A stretch of DNA of 61,266 nucleotides, taken from contig JALTLO010000088.1 of the NCBI GenBank assembly GCA_027001995.1, positions 1 through 61,266 of the forward strand, written 5' to 3'. The notes beneath the pieces are model-generated. The model made no database searches. It was not told the origin of the DNA and saw only the letters and a program-made list of their open reading frames with translations. The stretch's first letter is position 1, and each line of letters begins with the position of its first letter. Source of the DNA: Planctomycetota bacterium. GTDB lineage: Bacteria; Planctomycetota; GCA-002687715; DRQF01. Position numbers and translations under genes: made by a program. This document shows positions 9,204 through 18,567 of the stretch, piece after piece.

Positions 9204-12200
9204 ATGAGACGAACCCCCTTGTCTTTACTGGTCATTATTTGTGCTTTTGCACTGACCACCTTCGCCCAGATTCAACCTGGACAAAGATCGACGCCAACCC
9301 CCATGCAGAATCTGGCCAGCCAGAACATTCTTCCAGGAGCGATTAGCACTGCTGATGCCGCTGGCCCTTTCGTGGACGGCATGATTCCCAGGGACAACAT
9401 CGCTGGGACTTACATCTTGCAGGAAGTTGGGCACCTCCGTCCCGTTGCCTCTGCTGGAAATATTATCTACGCAGTGAACCAAGAGGGCTGTACCCTGGTG
9501 GCCTATACAACAAATCCATTTCAGAAAGTCTTGGAAGTCCCCCTCGGCTTGGGAGCCAATTCCGTCTATGAACACCCCACGCGACCTCTGGAGATCTGGA
9601 TCACAGATTCGATTAGTAATTGTGTGTCAGTCTTTGATCCGACGACGTTGACCTTAGGGCAAACGATTCGCACCAATGGTGCTCCCCACGGATTGGCATT
9701 CAGTGCCGATGGCTCTCGGGCTTACGTGACTTGCTCTTCTGGGCGTACCGTCGACGTTATTGACACGAACACTTTTACCGTGGTTAACTCCATTGCTATT
9801 CCTGCACGACGGCCCCGTGGAATCGCCGTAGTCGGGGACAACATTCATGTGGCTCCTTTGATTTCCGGCAACAATACCACGGCATTGGGAGCTGGCGGAT
9901 CTGGATTCCGTCTTGTCCTGGACATTCCGACGCTCTCTGGGCTTGGAGCTTTCCCTCTCCCGGATATTGATCTGCGCACCATCGGAATTTCGCCCACGGG
10001 AAGTTCTTTCGAAACCTTGAATCCAACTTTGGAGTGGGCTGCCCTTGGCACGTCCATATTCAATGTGCAGAACCGCCCTGGAACCACAGAGCTTTGGATA
10101 TGCAACACCGATGCCCTCAATGCGGAGGTTATCGCGGAACCGAATTTCGTCAACGGAAAGGTCGTCCGTAATCGGGTGACCATCGTTGATATAGCCGGAG
10201 GTCCTGGAGGCTCAGTGAACCATGTTGATCTGGACCAAATTGGTGGTGTGGGTTGCTCTCAGCCCCGTGGTGTCGCTTTCGATTCCCTGCGGGGGAGAGT
10301 GTATGTCATGTGCGAGGGAAGTGATCGTGTTGTCGCTCTGGACTTGAATGGGAACTGGTTGGGTTCTTGGAAATTAAAAGGCCAAGGTCGGATCCGTTGT
10401 TTACCCCATGGCGGAACAGTTTTGGGCGAGAACCTCTATGTTTGGAACAAGGGTACCAATTCGATCACTAAGATTAACGTTGTGACCACCCCTCTGGACT
10501 CTACCGTCAACAACCACAAATCTCTGGGTTTGACACCCTTGACCGATGCTGTTCGTCGTGGGCGTTCCATTGTCAACAACGCCGATCTTTCTGCTGGGGG
10601 ATCTTCTTCTTGCGCTTCTTGCCACATCGATGGCGACCAAGACGGTGTCGTTTGGGATTTGTCGAACGTCTTGGACCCAGAAGGAACCCCGAACAACCAG
10701 CTGTCTTTGTTCATTGATCGAAAAGGCCCCATGGTCACCCAGAGTTTGAATGGGCTACCAGAAGGCGCACCATATCACTGGCGTGGGGAACGTGGAGACA
10801 TCGAAGCCTTCAATGGGGCTTTTGAGGGCCTTTTGGATGGCAATGAACTTGTGCCCGCCGAACTCGCAAGCATGGTGTCCTACATCAATGAGCTGCACTA
10901 TCCAGCGAATCATGTTCAGCAAGACGATCGTGTCACGACGCCCAATGAACTCGAGGGTGCTCGCATCTTCATGCAAGAAACTGCCACGGCTAGCGCCCGG
11001 TGCGTGGATTGCCATTCCTTGCCAACGGGAAGTAACAATGAAACCATGCGGGAAGATTCAGGTTGGGCTCCTTCTCTTGTGGTGACTCAATTGCGAGGTG
11101 TTGCCGACAAGGTTCTTGGACAGCATGATCTCGGTATCGTCAATATCGGTGGCAACATGCTTGATTTGGGTGATTGCACAGAATTTGGCCCCGGTCTTAT
11201 TCACGACGGTCGCATTGCAACTTTGTTCGACTTTTCCAATTCCTTCGTCAATATCGACCCAACTGAAGCGATGCGCCTTGAAGATTTCATGCGCGCCTTT
11301 GACACCGGTTTAGCTCCTGCCACCGCTATCCAGGCGACGATGACTCCGGCCAATGTTTTCACACTTCCTGAGTTTAACCTGCTGCTAAATGAAGCAGCCC
11401 AGGGGGAATGTGATTTGGTGGCCACTGGCAGTGTGACCGTTGGTACTGCCCAACCTATTCCCATTCGGGCTTACTACAATCCTCAAACTGCCCTCTTCGA
11501 ATTCGACTCTAAGGCCCAGGGCTTGGCTAGCCCTAGCTTCTTGCAACTTCTTGTGAATGGAAACTACGGGTCATGGACGTTCCGTGGTGTTCCTGTGGGA
11601 ATGGGCCGGCGGACCATCGATAGCGACATGGACGGCATAGCGAACTTGGACGAAGCCGCTTTTAATACGACCGCTGACAATCCTGATGCGGATGGGGACG
11701 GCTTCCCGGATGGTTACGAACAACTCTGGGGTATGGATCCCAATGTCGTGGATACCTCTTCTCCTGACTCCCAGGCTCCTGGAATTATCAGTGCAACTCC
11801 TCTTTATGCAACGACCAATACGGTCAAGTTGGATGTGAAAACTGATGAACTCTGTGTCGTCACAGCCTCGTGGATGGGGAAACGTGGCTCTGAAGTGCGG
11901 GTGAGCTCGAAATTCGCTCCTTATGCCAAGGACCACCAATTTGTCATCAATTTCCTGCCCCAAAATGCAACGACCATGGTGACATTGACGGCGGTTGATC
12001 CCAATAACCTTTCCAGCACCATGACCGTGGGGGTCGTGGCGAATGCCGAGATTATTGGAGATATCCACATCGATGCCATGGCACTTTCCACTGGGCCCAT
12101 CGCTATCAACATGACGACGGGAATGGCTACCACCAACTTCACGGCGGTTGTTGATGTGAAAGATCATTTGGGATCACCCGTGGCTGCCGGTTATGACGCC

Positions 12201-12446
12201 ACAGCGTTTGTCTACTTCGAATCGACTCCAGGCCAAATCAATGTGGTCCAGTCAGCGATTGTCGCCACCACGAACGCCGCAGGGCAAGTGACCTTCTCAC
12301 TGCCACTCACTTGGCCTGTCAGTGGGGGGGGCGTACGCAACGTTTATTTTGGTGTCATCGACATCGTTCCATCGACGGGTTCCGGTCTGGCGAATGCTTA
12401 CACTGAAGCGAACGACACCCTGAACTTCATGTCATTGACCTTCTGA
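9204..12446 (+). CDS. Secreted YVTN/YncE-type beta-propeller + di-heme cytochrome c peroxidase/MauG-like domain + Ca-binding repeats + C-terminal beta domains
   Basis: Signal peptide; PHGLAFSADG..AYV and PRG(I/V)A propeller blades; CASCH (10611) and CVDCH (11001); YHWRGER, QLRGV, IHDG; DSDMDG/DADGDG. Confidence 0.85.
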   Translation: MRRTPLSLLVIICAFALTTFAQIQPGQRSTPTPMQNLASQNILPGAISTADAAGPFVDGMIPRDNIAGTYILQEVGHLRPVASAGNIIYAVNQEGCTLVAYTTNPFQKVLEVPLGLGANSVYEHPTRPLEIWITDSISNCVSVFDPTTLTLGQTIRTNGAPHGLAFSADGSRAYVTCSSGRTVDVIDTNTFTVVNSIAIPARRPRGIAVVGDNIHVAPLISGNNTTALGAGGSGFRLVLDIPTLSGLGAFPLPDIDLRTIGISPTGSSFETLNPTLEWAALGTSIFNVQNRPGTTELWICNTDALNAEVIAEPNFVNGKVVRNRVTIVDIAGGPGGSVNHVDLDQIGGVGCSQPRGVAFDSLRGRVYVMCEGSDRVVALDLNGNWLGSWKLKGQGRIRCLPHGGTVLGENLYVWNKGTNSITKINVVTTPLDSTVNNHKSLGLTPLTDAVRRGRSIVNNADLSAGGSSSCASCHIDGDQDGVVWDLSNVLDPEGTPNNQLSLFIDRKGPMVTQSLNGLPEGAPYHWRGERGDIEAFNGAFEGLLDGNELVPAELASMVSYINELHYPANHVQQDDRVTTPNELEGARIFMQETATASARCVDCHSLPTGSNNETMREDSGWAPSLVVTQLRGVADKVLGQHDLGIVNIGGNMLDLGDCTEFGPGLIHDGRIATLFDFSNSFVNIDPTEAMRLEDFMRAFDTGLAPATAIQATMTPANVFTLPEFNLLLNEAAQGECDLVATGSVTVGTAQPIPIRAYYNPQTALFEFDSKAQGLASPSFLQLLVNGNYGSWTFRGVPVGMGRRTIDSDMDGIANLDEAAFNTTADNPDADGDGFPDGYEQLWGMDPNVVDTSSPDSQAPGIISATPLYATTNTVKLDVKTDELCVVTASWMGKRGSEVRVSSKFAPYAKDHQFVINFLPQNATTMVTLTAVDPNNLSSTMTVGVVANAEIIGDIHIDAMALSTGPIAINMTTGMATTNFTAVVDVKDHLGSPVAAGYDATAFVYFESTPGQINVVQSAIVATTNAAGQVTFSLPLTWPVSGGGVRNVYFGVIDIVPSTGSGLANAYTEANDTLNFMSLTF

Positions 12447-12529
12447 TTGTTGTGGGTGGGCAATGAGGCCCCAGCAGTCCGTTGTTCGGTTCTTCATGAC
12501 CAGCTGTCTTCTGGCAGATAAGCGGCACT

Positions 12530-12560
12530 AAGAGCCGGGTTTTTACCCGGCTCTTTTTAT
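12530..12560 (+). terminator. Rho-independent terminator
   Basis: AAGAGCCGGGT-tttt-ACCCGGCTCTT followed by a T-run. Confidence 0.85.
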
Positions 12561-12760
12561 CTTTTATTGAGGAAAGACGGGAATTGCTGGGGAAACTCTT
12601 GCTTTCGTGGGTTGTGCGGGGTTTTACTGATCGTATTTGCACCCACAGTTGGAACAGGCTATCCTCCGGTCCGAAATTGACGCAATCGTCTTAGGCCGCT
12701 TTATTCATGGGATCGAAGTCATGAATGTAGGCTTTGGACTCTGAAGAGGATGACCGACCC

Positions 12761-13357
12761 ATGGAATTCGGATCGCAATACACCACCGCCTTGATTCGTT
12801 GGAGCCACATTTTTCTTGGCATCATGTGGATTGGCTTCTTCCTATTTATGCACCTCTTAGTTCGTCCTTATGTCGCAACATTGAGTGGGAATGCTAAAGC
12901 TAAGGCTTATCGTGCTTTGATTGCCCGTGGGCTACGTTGGTGCCGGGGTACGTCCTTGGCCACGGTTCTCTTGGGCGTGGGTGTCCTGGGGCATTTGTGG
13001 TTTCAAGGTGTCTACCTCAATGACGTCGTCGGCCTCCTTGGCAGAGGCAAATTCATCATGTGGGGGATGACCTTTGCCGTGGCCATGTGGGCTAATCTTT
13101 GGTTTCTGATTTCACCGATTCAGAAGCGTATCACCGCATCCTTTGAAGCTGAGATTGGTCCCAGTGAGGCCGATGTGAAGAAGGCCAAGAAGTTGGCTGA
13201 TATCAATGCTTACCTGGCTGCGCCCATGCTGATGTTGATGGTCTTTGCCAACAATTTTGGCACTCACTTCCACTATGGGCACATGGCCCTCGCCTTTGTT
13301 GTGGGCTTAGCTGTCACCCATCTCTTGGTCACCTTGGCCAACAAGGGCAATCGTTAA
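12761..13357 (+). CDS. Membrane protein resembling the N-terminal membrane domain of urate hydroxylase PuuD (no cytochrome c domain)
   Basis: RWSHIFLGIMWIG, LRW.R, M.ANLWFLISP.QK, INAYL..PML..M motifs. Confidence 0.7.
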   Translation: MEFGSQYTTALIRWSHIFLGIMWIGFFLFMHLLVRPYVATLSGNAKAKAYRALIARGLRWCRGTSLATVLLGVGVLGHLWFQGVYLNDVVGLLGRGKFIMWGMTFAVAMWANLWFLISPIQKRITASFEAEIGPSEADVKKAKKLADINAYLAAPMLMLMVFANNFGTHFHYGHMALAFVVGLAVTHLLVTLANKGNR

Positions 13358-13378
13358 CAGAACCAGCTCGAGTCATGG

Positions 13379-14110
13379 CTAACGTTGAAACTCGAAGATC
13401 AAAGGTTTCGGCGTCTCATCGTCGATTGTGATCATCTTCGACTGCTTCCCTAATTGTGGGTGAATCGCTTCAATTGCATAGTTTCCCTTCGGCAAATTCT
13501 CGATAGAGAAAGTGCCGTCCGAACCAGTGGTGGCAAAGAAGGGGTGGGGGATGGCGTGGACATACATCAGCATGTAGGCGTGCACGTCACAGGTGACGCT
13601 GATGTTTGTTTCACTTTGACGGACTTGATGGACGATCGATCCTTGACTTGGGGTGATGGTGGTCACAAAGGCTTGTCCTGGAAGCTTGGAGCCAAAGTTG
13701 ACGTTGTGGATGACGGTGTCGCTATTCTTGATCCGAATGGGCTGGTACGTTTGCACCGCCAGGACATGGGGCTTGAAGACACACCCTTTTTGGTCGATGA
13801 CAGCCTCTTCCTTGTTGTAAGGAAAGGTGAACTTCTCCAGCCCTTGTTTCACGTAGATGAGCACATCTTGGAGTTGTCCGTCTTGCACCCGGATCGATTG
13901 ATCCGCGACTGGGGTCCCTGTTCCTTGGCACATGCCGATATCCCGTGGTGGAGGCGGTGTGCCGATGAACTTGCAGCTCCCAGAAATTGTCTGGGTTTTG
14001 CCATTTGAGGGAAGACTTACCGCGCGATCTGGATAAACTGGCGTCTCATCCTTGGCGCCGCATGCGCTCAAGACAGAAAGAACGATAAGAGTCGGTATCA
14101 ATCGGTTCAT
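13379..14110 (-). CDS. Lipoprotein with cupredoxin-like domain and carboxypeptidase-regulatory-like domain
   Basis: Lipobox LSA-C; DQKGCVFKPHV; HNV...CDVHAYM (type-1 Cu ligand pattern); DGTFSIENLPKGNY. Confidence 0.8.
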   Translation of the reverse strand: MNRLIPTLIVLSVLSACGAKDETPVYPDRAVSLPSNGKTQTISGSCKFIGTPPPPRDIGMCQGTGTPVADQSIRVQDGQLQDVLIYVKQGLEKFTFPYNKEEAVIDQKGCVFKPHVLAVQTYQPIRIKNSDTVIHNVNFGSKLPGQAFVTTITPSQGSIVHQVRQSETNISVTCDVHAYMLMYVHAIPHPFFATTGSDGTFSIENLPKGNYAIEAIHPQLGKQSKMITIDDETPKPLIFEFQR

Positions 14111-14157
14111 GGTTGGATTTCCAGTTTGTTTCATAGATTGTCACGGTAGGAGCTTTG

Positions 14158-15423
14158 ATGAAAGACGCAAGAGAAGAAGCGCGGGGGGCCCTGCGTTGTT
14201 TGCCATATATGGGTGTCATTGCCGTTGTGGCGGAGGCTGAGAAACTTGGATTTTCCAACGGCGATCCAGATTGGATCAACCTGGGACAGGGTCAACCAGA
14301 AGTGGGGGAGATCGCTGGAGCCCCTGATCGGGTGAAGCGTGTTGATTTTGAGCCCATCGATCATGCCTATGGGCCAGTCCATGGTACCGTGGAACTGCGT
14401 CAAAGAGTCGCAGATCACTACAACCGTCTTTTTCGCCAAGGAAAAGAGAGCCAGTACGGTCCAGACAATGTGGCCATCGCTTCTGGGGGGCGGCTTGCTC
14501 TGTCTCGGGCGGCCTTTGCCTTGTCTCCTGCCCGGGTCGGCTATCAGGTGCCGGATTACAGTGCTTATGAAGACATGCTCGGCGGTCAGATGCCAAGAAT
14601 CGAACCCATCGCCATGCATGCTGATGAGGCAGATGGATTCGCTCTGCCCGGTGATCGTCTTGTAGAAGAAATCAAAGAGAAAAAGTTAGACGCCGTCATT
14701 ATTAGCAATCCTTGCAACCCCACGGGTGTGGTGGTGCAAGGTGACGACTTGGTGGGTTGGGTTGATGGAGCTCGGGAGAACGACTGTGTCCTGCTTTCAG
14801 ACGAGTTCTATTCTCATTTTGTCTATCAACCAGATGGTTCCCCTGGTGCCGGGCCTATCAGTGCGGCAGCCGCCATCCAGGACATCGAAGAAGATCCTGT
14901 GTTGATTTTTGACGGTTTGACCAAGTGCTACCGTTATCCAGGGTGGCGCATTGGCTGGGTTCTTGGACCCAAGAAACTGATCGAGTGTTTCATTACTGCT
15001 GGCAGCGCCCTTGATGGCGGACCGGCCCGCATCCTTCAGCGAGCCGCTGTGGACGTTCTGGAGCCTGCCATGGCCGACCAAGAAACTGATGCTTTGCGCC
15101 AAGCTTTTGCCAAGAAGCGAAACCTGATGCTGGATCGTCTCAAAGCCATGGGGATTCGTTTCGCCCATGAATCGGAAGGGACGTTCTATCTTTGGGGTTG
15201 CCTAGAAAATCTCCCGGCTCCCTACAATGATGCTGAGCATTTCTTTCACGCAGCCCTCAAAGAGAAGGTCCTGACAGTTCCGGGATTCTTCTTCGACGTG
15301 AATCCGGGAAAAACTCGGGAGGTGGGGAGCAAATTTGACCAATGGATGCGATTCTCCTTCGGCCCACCCATTGAGGCTGTGGCCGCTGGGTTGGATCGAC
15401 TAGAAGCCATGCTGAAGGGGTGA
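14158..15423 (+). CDS. PLP-dependent aminotransferase class I/II
   Basis: NLGQGQP, SNPCNPTG, SDEFY, GLTK..YPGWRIGW (PLP lysine), MRFSF. Confidence 0.92.
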   Translation: MKDAREEARGALRCLPYMGVIAVVAEAEKLGFSNGDPDWINLGQGQPEVGEIAGAPDRVKRVDFEPIDHAYGPVHGTVELRQRVADHYNRLFRQGKESQYGPDNVAIASGGRLALSRAAFALSPARVGYQVPDYSAYEDMLGGQMPRIEPIAMHADEADGFALPGDRLVEEIKEKKLDAVIISNPCNPTGVVVQGDDLVGWVDGARENDCVLLSDEFYSHFVYQPDGSPGAGPISAAAAIQDIEEDPVLIFDGLTKCYRYPGWRIGWVLGPKKLIECFITAGSALDGGPARILQRAAVDVLEPAMADQETDALRQAFAKKRNLMLDRLKAMGIRFAHESEGTFYLWGCLENLPAPYNDAEHFFHAALKEKVLTVPGFFFDVNPGKTREVGSKFDQWMRFSFGPPIEAVAAGLDRLEAMLKG

Positions 15424-15574
15424 CGAACTCTCAAGGCTTAACAAGAGCCCTGGGGCGTTGCCTTTTTGTGACGATGTTACGAATAGGTGACGCTTCTTCT
15501 TTGTTCGAATCGCCGCGAATCGAGGATTCAGCCCGGAAGTCCAGTAATTCTCCCGTTTCATGGCAGAAATCCCG

Positions 15575-15591
15575 TTGGCACGGCGCTTGCG
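15575..15591 (+). promoter_or_regulatory. Sigma54 (-24/-12) promoter
   Basis: TTGGCACGGCGCTTGC matches TGGCAC-N5-TTGC exactly; predicted +1 near 15602. Confidence 0.75.
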
Positions 15592-15601
15592 GTTCCCCTG
15601 C

Positions 15602-15738
15602 CATGCCACGCGGCTTTGGTCTCTTCGAGGTTGAAATGTGTATTTCAATCTCTCATCTTTCTTGTTCTTGGTACGCACATCAAGAGGGATACCCAGGCAC
15701 GGGTTCCCGAGGCCCAAAGACGCGTGGCTTGTTTTTTT
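15602..15738 (+). ncRNA. Candidate structured small RNA (four-way junction), family not recognised
   Basis: Closing helix 15605-15623/15709-15728; three internal hairpins (15627-15652, 15666-15685, 15686-15708); T7 run at 15732-15738; begins at the sigma54 +1. Confidence 0.55.
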
Positions 15739-15863
15739 CTTCTTGGCAGCTCGTCCGACCTCAGCCAAACCCCCTCCTAGATCCCCCATATCGACGAGAA
15801 CAGCCAGTGAGAGTAGACTCATCGGTCCACCGACATGAATAGTTTACCCCAGGGATCGATTTG

Positions 15864-18497
15864 ATGAAACAACTTCTCGCCACTTGCTTCTTCCTTGTGA
15901 CTCTCACAGTCTCCGGATTTGGGCAGAGTAAGCTAAGCTACTATCTGCCCCAGGACATTCACTACGATTCTGCTGTACCAACACCGAGGCAATTCTTGGG
16001 TTTTGAAGTGGGTGAGTGGCATGTTCGACCGGATCAGATCGTGCGTTACTTCGAGCTTTTGGCTGAGTCTTCTCCTCGATGCCGATTGCAAGTCTACGGA
16101 CGAACGCACGAGGCTCGCCCTTTGATTGCCCTCACTGTCAGTGCACCGGGAAACATCGGGCGCTTGGATGCCATTCAGACGATGCGTCGTGCACTGGTTG
16201 AACCATCGTTGGAGAAACCCAATACAGCTCACATGCCTGTGGTGCTGTGGATGGGATATAGCGTCCACGGTGATGAACCCAGTGGAGCGAATGCGGCTTT
16301 GCTCTATGCTTACTATTTGGCCGCGGCCAAGGGCCAAGAAATTGATGACCTCTTGAACAATTCGATTGTCTTGCTTGATCCCTGTCTCAATCCAGATGGG
16401 TTGGGTCGCTTCGCCCATTGGGCCAACACCCACCGGGGTAAGAATGCTATCTCGGATCCGAATCATCGAGAGCACCGCCAGCCCTGGCCTTCGGGGCGGA
16501 CAAACCACTATTGGTTCGATCTCAATCGGGACTGGCTTTTAGCTCAGCACCCCGAAAGTCAGGGACGTTTGAAGCTCTTTCACCAATGGCGCCCCAATGT
16601 TGTGACGGACTTTCATGAGATGGGCACCAATTCCTCCTACTTCTTTCAACCGGGGGTTTTGAGTCGTCACAATCCTCTGATTCCTCAGAAGAATTATGAC
16701 CTCACCGCCGAGATCGCTGACTTCCACGGCAAGGCACTCGACCGCTTAGGATCTCTTTATTACACCCGAGAGTCCTACGACGATTTCTATTTTGGTAAAG
16801 GCTCAACATACCCGGATGGGCAGGGTTCTGTGGGCATTCTCTTTGAACAGGCCAGCTCTCGAGGTCATGCCCAAATGAGTCGTTTTGGTTTGCTCACCTT
16901 TCCCTTCACCATTCGCAACCAGTTGACCACGTCGATTTCGAGTCATCGAGCAGCGGTGGCCAAGCGTGTGGAACTTTTGGACTATCAGCGGGAGTTCTGT
17001 GAATCGGCTTTGGATGCGGCAGTGGCCGACCCCATCAAGGCATGGGTGTTTGCATCTGGAAAGTCTGACCGCCGGGCGCGGAAGTTGGTGCACTTACTTC
17101 ACCGCCATCAAATCGAGGTGCACAGTTTGGCCAAGGACATCCAGGTGGGCCCCATCACTTTCAAAGCTGGAAACTCCTTCTTGGTCCGTGGAAGCCAATC
17201 TCAGTATCGCTTGCTTAAGTCCTTGTTCGAGTTTCGCACCACCTTCAATGATCCGGTATTCTACGATGTCTCTGCCTGGAACATACTCGCAGCTTACGAC
17301 TTGGATTATGGCGAATTGGACGCCGCGGCTTTTGAACCTGGGCTTGTGGCCCCCTTGTCTTTGAAGGCTCAACCTGGAGGCATCCAGAATGTGGCCCTAG
17401 ACAAGAACCAACCATTCTCATGGATGTTCGATTGGGATTCCTTTGAATCAGCCCGCCTTCTCAATCGCTTGCTCGACCGCGGTGTCCGCCTTCTTGTTTG
17501 CGGCACTCCCGTCACTGTTCAACTCAACGGAAGCCCTTCAGATCGTTCCTTCGATCGGGGCAGCGTTGTGATCCCCCGGGGACTGCAAGACCTCCCCTTC
17601 GAGAAAATTGTCAGCATTATTGAAGAAGAAGCCCGTTTGGCGCAAGTACAGGTCTTTGCCATTCAAAGTGGCATGACAACAAAAGGTGCAGACTTAGGCA
17701 GTCCATCCATGGGGTCCATGCGCCCCGGCAATGCCCTCATTCTTGTGGGGGGAGAGGTGTCCACCTATGAGGCTGGAGAAGTTTGGCACCTTTTGGACGC
17801 TCGCTTGGGAATGCGCGCTTCACTCGTTGAAACGAAGCATCTCGCCGCTGTTGATTTGAACGCTTATACCCATGTGTTGGCGGTGTCTGGGGCAGAGAAA
17901 GCCCTGGCTGAGAAAGGGGATGCTCTTAAGTCTTGGCTCAAGAAGGGCGGTATCCTCATTGCCCAAAGGAGCGCAGCTCAGTGGGCAGGGCCGAATCTCT
18001 TGGGACTCAAAGCAGCCAAGCCATCCCTGAGTAAGAAAGGTAGGAAGGCAAAGGAATCGAAGAAAATTGCTTATGCCGACAGGAACAAGATGAGGGCTCT
18101 CAAGCGTTTGAGTGGGGCGATTTTTCGTTCAACTCTGGACGTGACTCATCCCTTGGGGTGGGGAATCTCTCATGGCGAGATTTCTGTGTGGCGCAAAGGA
18201 AGCACCGCTCTTCTGCCTTCGCGAGGGGAACACAAAAACCCCATGCGCTACTTGAAGAAGCCTCTGGTGGCTGGTTTCGCCAGCCTTGCCGCCCAAGAGA
18301 AGTTGGCCAACACCGTTGCTGCCAATGTTGAACCGCTGGGAGCTGGGGTGGTTGTCCTTTTTGCTGATGACATGAATTTTCGCGGCTACTGGCGGGGTAC
18401 GGAGAGGCTCTACTTGAATGCGATTTTTCATGCACGTTTCGTCGCCGGAAGTGGCCGCCCTGTGCAGGAAAGAGATACCAAGTTTCAAGACCATTGA
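15864..18497 (+). CDS. Secreted M14 zinc carboxypeptidase with C-terminal glutamine-amidotransferase-like domain
   Basis: Signal peptide; SVHGDE (HxxE), NPDG, DLNRDW, DFHEM. Confidence 0.92.
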   Translation: MKQLLATCFFLVTLTVSGFGQSKLSYYLPQDIHYDSAVPTPRQFLGFEVGEWHVRPDQIVRYFELLAESSPRCRLQVYGRTHEARPLIALTVSAPGNIGRLDAIQTMRRALVEPSLEKPNTAHMPVVLWMGYSVHGDEPSGANAALLYAYYLAAAKGQEIDDLLNNSIVLLDPCLNPDGLGRFAHWANTHRGKNAISDPNHREHRQPWPSGRTNHYWFDLNRDWLLAQHPESQGRLKLFHQWRPNVVTDFHEMGTNSSYFFQPGVLSRHNPLIPQKNYDLTAEIADFHGKALDRLGSLYYTRESYDDFYFGKGSTYPDGQGSVGILFEQASSRGHAQMSRFGLLTFPFTIRNQLTTSISSHRAAVAKRVELLDYQREFCESALDAAVADPIKAWVFASGKSDRRARKLVHLLHRHQIEVHSLAKDIQVGPITFKAGNSFLVRGSQSQYRLLKSLFEFRTTFNDPVFYDVSAWNILAAYDLDYGELDAAAFEPGLVAPLSLKAQPGGIQNVALDKNQPFSWMFDWDSFESARLLNRLLDRGVRLLVCGTPVTVQLNGSPSDRSFDRGSVVIPRGLQDLPFEKIVSIIEEEARLAQVQVFAIQSGMTTKGADLGSPSMGSMRPGNALILVGGEVSTYEAGEVWHLLDARLGMRASLVETKHLAAVDLNAYTHVLAVSGAEKALAEKGDALKSWLKKGGILIAQRSAAQWAGPNLLGLKAAKPSLSKKGRKAKESKKIAYADRNKMRALKRLSGAIFRSTLDVTHPLGWGISHGEISVWRKGSTALLPSRGEHKNPMRYLKKPLVAGFASLAAQEKLANTVAANVEPLGAGVVVLFADDMNFRGYWRGTERLYLNAIFHARFVAGSGRPVQERDTKFQDH

Positions 18498-18567
18498 GTC
18501 TGTCCTTTGGTTCGGCATAAGATGAAGCCGATATAGGATTTGCCTTGACATCATTGAGGAAAAAACC

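Noticed and set aside
9204..12446. Hydrazine synthase / anammox marker
   Set aside because: Only an architectural parallel; no hzsA or HAO-like genes nearby, and propeller-diheme fusions are widespread
15602..15738. tRNA, 6S RNA or c-di-GMP riboswitch identity for the structured element
   Set aside because: No T-loop (TTCRA)/CCA geometry, no 6S central bubble, and no GNRA/receptor or GCAAA-type riboswitch consensus
15400..15842. Short ORFs in the aminotransferase-peptidase gap (15400..15822, 15420..15842, 15487..15780, 15638..15838)
   Set aside because: No RBS or recognisable motifs, low-quality composition, and they overlap the structured RNA candidate
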